Shown here piece by piece: positions 24,430 to 32,000 of a stretch of 32,000 bases of DNA. The DNA lies in contig GG663738.1 in assembly GCA_000151265.1 (NCBI GenBank), positions 401,264-433,263 of the forward strand, read 5' to 3'. The notes under the pieces were generated by a model. That model searched no databases and was not told where the DNA came from. It was given only the letters and a program-made list of their open reading frames with translations. The translations under genes were made by a program, and so were the position numbers. Position 1 is the first letter of the stretch, and every line of letters starts with the position of its first letter. This DNA comes from Micromonas pusilla (lineage: Eukaryota).

Positions 24430-26496
24430 TCAGTTCGACGCTTCTCTGTTCTTCGCCGCGTCGTCGCGGAGCCGCGCGAATACCCCGGGTGGAACAATTC
24501 CGTTCACGACGCGCGAGCACGTCTCTCGGTGCGGCGGGTGCTGCTCCGTTCCGCGGGCCCAGTCCTTCTGCTGGCACCGTTTGTTGCAGTACCGCACGCC
24601 GCGACACAGTTTGCATCCCAAACGAACGTCGCGCTTACCGCAGGTGACGCACGCTCGAAGCTTCACGAGCTCCTCAGAGGCGGCGGCGGCGGCGGCGGTG
24701 TCCCGGGGGTCAATTTCGTCCACTTTGGAGGCCTCCTTGGCCATCCGAAGGTTCTTCTCGAGTCCGCACCTCCCGTGAAGGAAGCAAAGACCGAGATGAT
24801 GATAGACATCTGCAGCCTTGTGATCAGGAAGCGGCCCGGAAACGAAGAGCTCCACGGCGTCGTCGCTGATGCTTGCACCGGAGAGTTCCATGATATCACG
24901 GAGAGCTTTCCTTTTAAGCGCCCTCAGTTCATCGAGATTCTCCACTTCCTTATCCGTGCCCAAAAACTCCACGCGCTCAGTAAGTATCTTCTCGATGGCT
25001 ACGTAATCGTATGGAGCGCCCTCCTGCAGGGCTTCAGTGACCGTGGCGTTCAGCATCTTCTGCGATTCTGCGTATCCCTTCGCGGCGGCTTTTGTAAACC
25101 AGTGCCGCGCCGTCGACACGTTTTTTGGAACGCCTTCGCCGTTGTAGTGAAGCATCCCGATGTTGTTGAAGAGGAACCCGGTTTGGAACATCGTTCCCGA
25201 GTTTCCTTGTGCCATGGCTCTTTCATACCACTTCATCGCTTCTTTGGGTTCGTTCATCTCTCTGACGAGAAAGAGCCCGTAGTTGGCTTGGGCTTCAGGA
25301 TCCCCCTTCGACGCGGCCGATCGAAGAAACCTGACCGCCATGGAAACGTTTCGCGGAACGCCGCAGCCTTGCCAGTAGATCAACCCGAGGCCGTACTCGG
25401 CCCGGGAGCTCCCCGCCGCCGCGGCTTTCTCGAACAATTTACGCGCGGTGTCGTAGTCGCCTTCGGATCTCAACATGCTCGCGAGATGAGCTTGCGCTTC
25501 AACGTGCCCGAGCTCCGCGGCCCTCTCGACCCAGTGACGCGAGAGCTCTTTGTTCTCCACGCCGCCGGTCCCGTAGTAGTAGTGCGAGGCGAGCTTCCAC
25601 GCCGCATCGCGGCACCCGTCGTTCGCCTTGTTCACGAGATCGTCGGTGTTGTAATCGCCCCTTGATCTTGAATTGCGGTCGAGGTAAGCTTGCGCTTCAA
25701 CGTGCCCGAGCTCCGCGGCCCTCTCGACCCAGTGACGCGAGAGCTCTTTGTCCTTCTCCACGCCGCCGGTCCCGTGGTAGTAGTGCGAGCCGAGCTCCCA
25801 CGCCGCATCGCCGCACCCGTCGTTCGCCTTCTTCACGAGACCGTCGAGGAGACCGTCATGCCCATACCCTTCGGTTTCCTTCAAACACTCATTCGCTTTT
25901 TCGTACCCGAGTTCGGCTGCCCTCGTCCACCACTCCCGCGCCTTCGCGAGGTTTCGCTCCGAGCCGACGCCGTCGAGGTACATCATCGCGATGTTGTGCA
26001 TCGCGCCCGCGTGTTCTTGCGCCGCGGCTTTCTCGTACCATGTCATCGCTTCTCCGTGATGTCCTGTACTTTCGAGATAACGCCCGTAGTTGTTTTGGGC
26101 TTCACGCATCCCCTTCGACGCCGCTTTCAAGTACCACCCCGCCGCCGCACACGTGCGTTCCTCTACGCTGAGGCCGTCTCCGTGTCCGTGGTCGTAGAGC
26201 ACCCCGAGGTTGTACGCGGCGTCAGGGCTGCCCTGCGCCGCAGCTTTCTCCCACCACGTGCGCGCGAAGTCGTTCTCGCCTGCATTTTTATGCCAGACGG
26301 CGAAGGCGACTTGGGCGTCAGCGTTCCCCAGCTCCGCGCTCCTAAAGAGCCACTGACGTGCGATCTGAATGTCTTTCTCCACGCCGTCGGACCCTTCCGC
26401 GTAGTGACGTGAGAGCTTGAACGCCGCCTCCCCGCACCCGCCGTTCGCCTTCTTCACGGGGTCGCGGATCTTTCGCGGAAGCTTGATTTTCGGCAT
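24430..26496 (-). CDS. Sel1-like repeat protein with a C-terminal MYND-type zinc finger
   Basis: More than 10 Sel1 units are present (e.g. AYNLGVLYDHGHGDGLSVEERTCAAAGWYLKAA, EYGLGLIYWQGCGVPRNVSMAVRFLRSAA). The C-terminal CVTCGKRDVRLGCKLCRGVRYCNKRCQQKDWARGTEQHPPHRETC fits the MYND pattern. The start is ambiguous between the ATG at 26494-26496 (MPKIKLPRK...) and 26658. TGA at 24430-24432. Confidence 0.8.
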   Translation of the reverse strand: MPKIKLPRKIRDPVKKANGGCGEAAFKLSRHYAEGSDGVEKDIQIARQWLFRSAELGNADAQVAFAVWHKNAGENDFARTWWEKAAAQGSPDAAYNLGVLYDHGHGDGLSVEERTCAAAGWYLKAASKGMREAQNNYGRYLESTGHHGEAMTWYEKAAAQEHAGAMHNIAMMYLDGVGSERNLAKAREWWTRAAELGYEKANECLKETEGYGHDGLLDGLVKKANDGCGDAAWELGSHYYHGTGGVEKDKELSRHWVERAAELGHVEAQAYLDRNSRSRGDYNTDDLVNKANDGCRDAAWKLASHYYYGTGGVENKELSRHWVERAAELGHVEAQAHLASMLRSEGDYDTARKLFEKAAAAGSSRAEYGLGLIYWQGCGVPRNVSMAVRFLRSAASKGDPEAQANYGLFLVREMNEPKEAMKWYERAMAQGNSGTMFQTGFLFNNIGMLHYNGEGVPKNVSTARHWFTKAAAKGYAESQKMLNATVTEALQEGAPYDYVAIEKILTERVEFLGTDKEVENLDELRALKRKALRDIMELSGASISDDAVELFVSGPLPDHKAADVYHHLGLCFLHGRCGLEKNLRMAKEASKVDEIDPRDTAAAAAASEELVKLRACVTCGKRDVRLGCKLCRGVRYCNKRCQQKDWARGTEQHPPHRETCSRVVNGIVPPGVFARLRDDAAKNREASN
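25490..25851 (-). repeat. Recent internal tandem duplication (198-bp period) within the Sel1-MYND CDS
   Basis: Segments 25490 to about 25650 and 25688 to about 25851 are near-identical apart from one 3-nt indel and a few substitutions (gcttgcgcttcaacgtgcccgagctccgcggccctctcgacccagtgacgcgagagctctttg...). They encode VNKANDGCRDAAWKLASHYYYGTGGVENKELSRHWVERAAELGHVEAQAHL and VKKANDGCGDAAWELGSHYYHGTGGVEKDKELSRHWVERAAELGHVEAQAYL. Confidence 0.85.
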
Positions 26497-26935
26497 CGCG
26501 TCGTGGCGGCGACAGGGAAAGTGCCGCGGCAGCTGCCGTCGTCGTGGCTTTCCGAGGTGCAATCCGTCGGAGCGTTTTTCCCTCGTTCCGACGACAAGAC
26601 GGGAAAGCGGAAAGACGCTGGTTCCTGTTCGCCCCCGACTTTCACTCAAAATGCTCATAAGGTTTCACGTTCTTCCGTACTACGTACGGAAGTGAGGTGC
26701 CAGCCGCGACAGTTTTCGCGCGACGTCGGACGCCTCCAGTCGTCGTGTCGCGCCGCACGCCGCGCGTCGTCGTCCCCGTCGACCGCGCACGAGCGCGCGC
26801 GAGTACGCGAAGATCCGCGAACGCATTTCGATACGCATCGCCTTTCATTCAGCGTTCGAGGTGCCGTGAGATCCCCGCGCGCGCCCGTCCCGAGATCCTC
26901 CGAGAGTTGTTCCCCCGAATCGTCGCGGGAGTTCG

Positions 26936-28474
26936 ATGGCGCCGTGCCACTGCATGGCGAAGCCGACCACGGCGTCGCCCACCGGAAGTCTTCCCGAGTC
27001 CCCGCCCCCCGCGGCGATCGTCGATGACGTCGCAGAGAACACGCGCGCGGAAGCTCGGGCGTCCGTCGCCGTCGCGACCCCCGAGGCTGACGCGGACGCG
27101 GACGCGGACGAATCTCGTCCCGCGGAGACGGCACCGAAACGCGGCGCGAACGCGGAGGCTGACGACCCGTCGGCGTCCCCAGCCGCGGTCGAACCCGATC
27201 TCGTGGAGCTGATGATGGAGGCGATGCGCGAGGTCGTGGAGACTTCGACGCCGACGAGAGAGGACGCGACCGCGGCGGCGGAGGAGGAGGAAGTGGCGGG
27301 GACGCGCGCCGAACGCGCCGCCGCCGGCGGCGGGCCGTCGCCGTCGAAAGTCGCCGCCGCCGCCGCGGAACCGACGGACGACGCCGCGTACGATAGCGAC
27401 GAGGACGACGTCATCAGCGTGTTCCTCGGATCGCCGCCAGCCACGGCGCGCGCGCCCGCGAGGGTGGCGGTGGTCGTGGAGGAGGAGGTCGTCGAGTTTC
27501 CGCCGTCGCCGCCGCGAGATGTCGTCGTCGCCGCGGCGGAAAAAAGTCCGAAACCGACGACGGCGACGCCGACGCCGCCGGTCGAACGCGAAGCGAGCCC
27601 GGGCGTGGACGTCATCGACGCGTTCCTCGCGCGCACGGTGTCCCCGGGCGGAGGGAACGAGTCCGACTCCACGGACGACGCGATCAGCGAGTTCTTGTGT
27701 TCGCCGCACGTCGTGAACCCCGCGCCGGCGGCGGCACCGCCTCGGGAAGCGACGCCGCCGCCGACGCCGCCGACGCCGACGCCGCGAAACGGACGCAGCC
27801 CGCTCGCGACGCTTCCGTCGCCGCGGAAAGAAAACACGCCGCCGCCGCCCGCGAAGCACCAAAAATCTCCACAGAAGACCGAACGAGACGAGTGGAAGAC
27901 CGCGGTCGTGCTGTACGTCACTTCCATGAGCGCGGTGCGCGCGACGAAGGACAAGTGCGACCGCGCGCGAGCCGCGACGCGGGCGCTCGGCGTCGCGAAC
28001 GCGATCGAGCGCGACGTCGCGGCGGCGTGCGCGTACAGAGAAGAACTCCGCGGCCGCCTCGCCGCGACGAGTGGACCCGGCGCCGGGAAAGGGCTGGTCG
28101 TGCCGTACTTGTTCGTGGGCGACGTCGCGGTCGCGGGAGGGGATGAGCTGGACGCGCTCGTGTGCGATGGAGGGTTGGAAGACGCTCTGAAGGCGCTCGG
28201 CGCGCGACGCGGGGACGACGAGGAAAACGGAGAAGACGGAGACGAAAATGTAAATGTAAAGAAGAAGGAATGCGGCGGGTGCGGAGGGCGCGGGTTCGTC
28301 GTCTGCGGGAAGTGCCACGGAAGCACGAGGGTGCACTGCGTCGACGTCACGCGGAGATGTTTCGCGTGCAACGAGGTCGGGATGACGGAGTGCGTCGCGT
28401 GCGTGCCGGCGTTCGCGAGGACCGCGGCGAGTCCGCTCGCGTCTCCGGCGCGAGGCGCCGCCGTCCGGTGTTGA
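26936..28474 (+). CDS. Glutaredoxin-domain plus Cys-rich (GRXCR1-like) protein with a long disordered N-terminal half
   Basis: The C-terminal half VVLYVTSMSAVRATKDKCDRARAATRALGVANAIERDVAAACAYREELRGRL...VPYLFVGDVAVAGGDELDALVCDGGLEDAL is followed by CGGCGGRGFVVCGKCHGSTRVHCVDVTRRCFACNEVGMTECVAC. This matches the plant/animal GRXCR architecture as I recall it (VV.Y.TSLR.IR.T...C..V..IL......ERDV.....ELK.L....LP.VF....LGG.E....L...G.L..L, then C..CG..RF..C..C.GS.K...... C..CNENGL..C..C). ATG at 26936 and TGA at 28472-28474. Confidence 0.75.
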   Translation: MAPCHCMAKPTTASPTGSLPESPPPAAIVDDVAENTRAEARASVAVATPEADADADADESRPAETAPKRGANAEADDPSASPAAVEPDLVELMMEAMREVVETSTPTREDATAAAEEEEVAGTRAERAAAGGGPSPSKVAAAAAEPTDDAAYDSDEDDVISVFLGSPPATARAPARVAVVVEEEVVEFPPSPPRDVVVAAAEKSPKPTTATPTPPVEREASPGVDVIDAFLARTVSPGGGNESDSTDDAISEFLCSPHVVNPAPAAAPPREATPPPTPPTPTPRNGRSPLATLPSPRKENTPPPPAKHQKSPQKTERDEWKTAVVLYVTSMSAVRATKDKCDRARAATRALGVANAIERDVAAACAYREELRGRLAATSGPGAGKGLVVPYLFVGDVAVAGGDELDALVCDGGLEDALKALGARRGDDEENGEDGDENVNVKKKECGGCGGRGFVVCGKCHGSTRVHCVDVTRRCFACNEVGMTECVACVPAFARTAASPLASPARGAAVRC

Positions 28475-28629
28475 GACGACTGGAAGCGCCGCATCGAGCC
28501 AAACCATTTATTTTCCGCGTCGCGCGCGAGTACGCGTACTGTAGAAGACGACGAATGCGCGTTCACATCACCACGCCAACCGCGACCCGCGCCGGCCGAC
28601 GTCTCTCTCGACCGACTACTACTGTATAC

Positions 28630-29919
28630 CTACGGATACCGCCGCCGCGTCGTCGTCGTCCCCGGGGGTCGGCTGTACGACCCGGTGTAGTACCCCGCGT
28701 AGTACCACGACATGAGCAAGTTGGCGAGCTCGTCGACGTCGTCCTCCGTCCCGCTTGGAACGGTCGCCGCCGCGGTCGCGCGCGCGGACGCGCCGACGTC
28801 CGCGCCGGGCGGCGGCGGCGGCGGCGGCGGAGCCGCGCGCTGCGGTGCTCCATAGTACGCGTCGTACGATGTATCGTACGACGTGTCCGCGGCGTAGTAG
28901 CCGCGGTACGGATCGTACGGCGGCGGCGGCGCGCGCGGCGGCGGCGTCGTCCCCGGCGGCGGCGGCGTCCGCGGCGGTCCCGGCGGTCCCCCCGGGTGAT
29001 GATGACGATGAAGATGCCGCCCGTGGTAGACGACGTCGTGCTCGTGGTGGTGGTGACGCGGCGGGTGGTGGAGGTGGTGGTGGTGACGCGGCGGCGGTTG
29101 ATGCGCTGCCCCCTCGGGCGGGTACCCGTGTCCGTCTCCGTATCCGTACCCGCGTCCGCGCCGGCTGCCGTCGTCGCGCGCGCCGCGCTCTTCTCCCGCG
29201 TACGCGTACGCGTCGTGCGTGACGCCGACCCCTCGCTGGTCTTCCTGCGGCGCCTGCGCCTGCGCCTGCGACGCGTAGTGTGCCTCCCACGCCTCCCACT
29301 CGCGCCACGCGGCTTCGCGCTCGCTCTCCCCGCCGCCGCCGCCGCCGGTAACGTCGGTTCCGAATCGTCCTCCTCCTCCTCCTCCTCCTCCTCCTCGTCC
29401 TCCTCCTCCTCCTCCAAATCCTCCGTCCCCGCTCCCGACATCGCCCGCGCGCGCGACGGGGACGCCGAGGACGACGTTCGCGACCGGCGTCCCCACCGCG
29501 GGCGGCGGCTCGTCGTCCGCGGGCGCGATCTCGGACGACGGACGCGACGCCTGCGCGCGCTTAGGGATCGCGTGCAGAGGCGTCACGCGCGGGGCGTTCG
29601 ATCGCGGCGACGCGTCCGCGCCGCCGCCCGGGGTCGATCCCGCGACGTGCGACGCCGCGCGCGGCGAGCGCGTCGGCGTCGCCGCCGCGCCGCCGCCCTT
29701 GGATTTCCCGCTCCCCGAGGAGCGCCCGCCGGCGACGCTCGGGGAGAGACGCGACGCGGTCGCCGAGGACGAGAGCCCGTGCGATCGCTTGTACGACTCC
29801 ACCGCGGTCTTGTACGCGTCCATGAGCGCGTCGTCGTTCCACGCGTCGACGTCGTCTTCTGCCGCCGCGGCGGGGGACGACGACGCGAAGAGCGCCTCGG
29901 TCGTGGACGACCACGACAT
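28630..29919 (-). CDS. SMN: SMN (survival motor neuron)-like protein with a Gemin2-binding-like N-terminus, RGG/poly-Gly, His-rich and Pro-rich tracts and a C-terminal YG box; no Tudor domain seen
   Basis: The N-terminal DDVDAWNDDALMDAYKTAVESYKRSH parallels human SMN [21 protein letters not shown]. The C-terminal DELANLLMSWYYAGYYTGSY parallels the YG box [20 protein letters not shown] and is preceded by poly-Pro. I chose the ATG at 29917-29919; the ORF-track start at 30045 lies in AT-rich flanking DNA. TAG at 28630-28632. Confidence 0.7.
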   Translation of the reverse strand: MSWSSTTEALFASSSPAAAAEDDVDAWNDDALMDAYKTAVESYKRSHGLSSSATASRLSPSVAGGRSSGSGKSKGGGAAATPTRSPRAASHVAGSTPGGGADASPRSNAPRVTPLHAIPKRAQASRPSSEIAPADDEPPPAVGTPVANVVLGVPVARAGDVGSGDGGFGGGGGGRGGGGGGGGGRFGTDVTGGGGGGESEREAAWREWEAWEAHYASQAQAQAPQEDQRGVGVTHDAYAYAGEERGARDDGSRRGRGYGYGDGHGYPPEGAAHQPPPRHHHHLHHPPRHHHHEHDVVYHGRHLHRHHHPGGPPGPPRTPPPPGTTPPPRAPPPPYDPYRGYYAADTSYDTSYDAYYGAPQRAAPPPPPPPPGADVGASARATAAATVPSGTEDDVDELANLLMSWYYAGYYTGSYSRPPGTTTTRRRYP

Positions 29920-30080
29920 CGCGCGCGGCGGTTCGTGCGCGCGGGGTGTGACGAGGGTTCCAAAGAATGCCGCGCTGCGTTCGTTGTTAAAAAAGAAACT
30001 ATACGACCTCGAGGCTACACGTGTACGCGTCGCATTCTTCTTCATCTGAGAGCTACTCTACATATTCCCCCTCTCTCGCG

Positions 30081-30213
30081 TCAATCGAACGCGAACCCCT
30101 CGACGCCGTGCCGCAGCGCGGTCGTGACCTGCTGCTCGAGCACGTCGTAGCTCGGGTACGCGGGCAATCGCAGCGTGTTAAAACACGTGGACGCCGTCGG
30201 CAACGCGTACGAC

Positions 30214-30278
<65 letters not shown>

Positions 30279-31859
30279 CTCGGTCCACCCCGCGGCCACG
30301 CGCATGACCTCGAACAGACGCACGCCGTTCATCCCTTGCAGCTGCGCGAACCCGCCCGCGGGCATCCTCGACGACCCGGTGACGAACTTTAGCAACAGCG
30401 TCCGCTCCTCCGGGGTGAACTTACCGACGAGCCGCCAGAGCCAGCGAACTTGCGGCGAATCCGCGTCGTAGCCGCCCTCGTAAATCGTGTTCGCGCGCCA
30501 TTCGTCCACGTCGATCTTCGCGGTGCCGCCCATGAGACACGCGAGCTCGGGCGCGGTGAACATCCGGACGTACTCCGCGGGGACGACGTCGTTCATCGCC
30601 GCGCGGACGCACTTCACGGCGGCCGACCGCGTGACCCGTCGAACGTCGTGCGCGACGCGAAGTCGCAGGTACTCTTCGACGTTGGCGTCCGTCACCGGCT
30701 TCATCTTTCCCCCGGGCACGAGCTCGGTCTCGATCATCCTCGTCCCGGCCGCGCCGCCGAAAACGCCTCCCGGCTCCGGCTCCGGGACGGTGATTTCTTC
30801 CTCTTCGACGCTGAACGTGAGCGCGAGCGCGTCGACGCCGTCGGTCATCGCGCGCACGTTTTCGTACCCTCGCGCGGTTTGCGGCGCCATCTCCTCCACG
30901 TCCTCCCATCCCGCGGCGTCCGCCCTCCCCGCGAGCGCTTTCAGGAACGCGGACGAGAACGCGACGGGCAGCGGCGATTCGTGGAGGATCGCGTACCCGA
31001 GGAGCCACCCTAACGCGGTGTATTCGTCCTCTAAACGACGCGGCAGCGGCGACGGCAACGGCGGCGGATGATAGATCGCGAGCCCGTCAGACGTCGGCCG
31101 GAGCAACGCGATCCCGAGGTCGGTCGACCCGCCGCCGGCGCTTCGCGCGTCGTCGTCGTCGTCCTCGTCGCGCTCGAGACGCTCGAATCCGTCCTCGTCC
31201 ACGTCGCCGTCGTCGGACTCGGGCTCCCACCCCGCGAGGTTCGACTCCGTTCTCGCGCCCGTCACCGCGCTCGCGAGGACGTCCATGAGTTCGCGCTCGA
31301 CGCCCGGCCCCCCCGCGGGCTGCCCGACGAACCGCAGGTGGTAGCACAGCGGCGAGCGCTTCACGGCTTCCACGCCGTAGCGCCACACCCAGCGCGTGAA
31401 CGAATTCCACGGGTCCGAGTGCTTCGCCGTGAAGCCGCGGATGACGCCACTTCGCGCGTGACCGAAAAATTGGTTCCGGTCGATGCCGCGCGTGATCTCG
31501 TCGAGCTTCAGCCGCAGCCAATCGCGTCGGTTCGCGAAGTTCACGATCGTCGTGCGTCGCATCAGGAACGCGAGCGCGCCGTCGAGGAGCGTCAAGTGAT
31601 TCGCGATGTACGCGTTCAGCGCGTCGTAGAACGGCGGCACGGTCGCGAGCGTTTTCAAAACGCCGATGACTTTCGGCCGCGACCCGTGATCGTTCATCAC
31701 CACGTGCATCGCTTCCAATTGCGCCCCGAGATGGACGCGCAGGAGCGCCAACACCATGTCTCGGTTCCCCGCGAAGTCCGCGTACATCAGCGGGATCCAC
31801 CCCTTGCTGTCCGCGATCGTCCGATCGACGTTCATCTCGTTCAACAACAGCTTCACGAC
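30081..31859 (-). CDS. HECT-domain E3 ubiquitin ligase, last exon (ankyrin-like N-terminal part; 5' exons lie upstream or outside the window)
   Basis: The HECT C-lobe reads FTPEERTLLLKFVTGSSRMPAGGFAQLQG...LPTASTCFNTLRLPAYPSYDVLEQQVTTALRHGVEGFAFD*, with the catalytic Cys codon at 30184-30186. The N-lobe-like region is HLRFVGQPAGGPGVERELMDVL. The exon starts VVKLLLNEMNVDRTIADSKGWIPLMYADFAGNRDMVLALL (ANK-like). No in-frame ATG lies upstream before a TGA. The first AG after a ctgac branch site is at 31861-31860, which gives an exon of 1779 nt or 593 codons. Confidence 0.8.
30215..30277. repeat. (GCC)n trinucleotide repeat, about 21 units, encoding a poly-Gly run of about 23 residues in the HECT C-lobe
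   Basis: Direct reading of cgccgccgcc... across 30215-30277. The protein reads WTE-G(n)-SYALPTASTC. Confidence 0.9.
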
Positions 31860-32000
31860 CTCCGTGTCGTTCCATACAAAGCGATATCGGGGTGGAGTTC
31901 AAAGGCGTCAGCTGGAGTTGAAAGGCGCCGAGGGCGGGCGTTGAAAGCGAGTGGTGGGCGGAGATGCACGACGGCAAAAGTCCTTAAGGATCGGCGTTCA
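31860..32000 (-). other. 3' part of an intron of the HECT gene; the donor lies beyond the window end
   Basis: The minus strand has ctgac at about 31912-31908 and no AG until ggag|GTCGTGAAG. The region has in-frame stops and contains introner-like copy B. Confidence 0.5.
31939..32000 (-). mobile_element. Introner-like repeat core, copy B (sense orientation in the HECT gene intron)
   Basis: The minus strand reads tgaacgccgatccttaaggacttttgccgtcgtgcatctccgcccaccactcgctttcaacg. See copy A at 2822-2883. Confidence 0.5.

Noticed and set aside
26845-28566. 573-aa and 552-aa ORFs antisense to the GRXCR-like gene
   Set aside because: Both are low-complexity (Ser/Ala/Gly or Arg-rich) and mutually overlapping. 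The + strand frame ends in a well-formed glutaredoxin plus Cys-rich domain.
28162-30150. 662-aa + strand ORF across the SMN-like locus
   Set aside because: It is more than one-third Arg, spans an intergenic spacer and runs into the HECT gene. The minus-strand frame has SMN N- and C-terminal signatures.

Overview
This is GC-rich (about two-thirds G+C by eye), very gene-dense eukaryotic nuclear DNA, not a prokaryotic locus. I can support about 20 protein-coding genes plus one intron-containing tRNA-Lys(UUU). That is roughly one gene per 1.6 kb, arranged mostly as alternating divergent and convergent pairs with 70-440 bp spacers. Several genes have short spliceosomal introns (GTGCG/GTGAG donors, CTGAC/CTAAC branch-like sites, AG acceptors), and the exon frames join exactly when checked by hand. 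The composition, compaction and intron style point to a prasinophyte green alga (Mamiellophyceae, Micromonas-like); this is inference only, with no database search. All product calls are motif recognition from memory. Recognisable products:
- class VIII-like myosin tail (gene cut by the window edge)
- lumenal-type FKBP
- LYAR-type zinc-finger protein
- three Sel1-repeat proteins (two with an F-box-like head, one with a C-terminal MYND finger)
- an F-box-like ankyrin-repeat protein
- an EF-hand protein carrying 12 tandem 48-50 aa repeats
- a membrane DnaJ
- a CDK20/CCRK-like kinase
- PET100
- bacterial-type MraY (peptidoglycan translocase I) with a plastid-type N-terminal extension
- a GRXCR-like glutaredoxin/Cys-rich protein
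- an SMN-like protein
- a HECT E3 ligase

Main observations worth a second look:
- a conserved 62-nt element found twice, each time inside an intron and in the sense orientation of its host gene (introner-like)
- nuclear MraY in a fully eukaryotic context
- a ~185-bp tandem repeat next to the tRNA that carries tRNA 3'-end remnants and A9 tails
- a ~60-65 nt coding-like module shared by the 3' ends of two neighbouring genes
- low-complexity insertions at functionally sensitive positions (kinase activation segment, HECT catalytic loop)

Many long Arg/Ala/Gly-rich ORFs in the six-frame track are antisense artefacts of the GC bias and were rejected.
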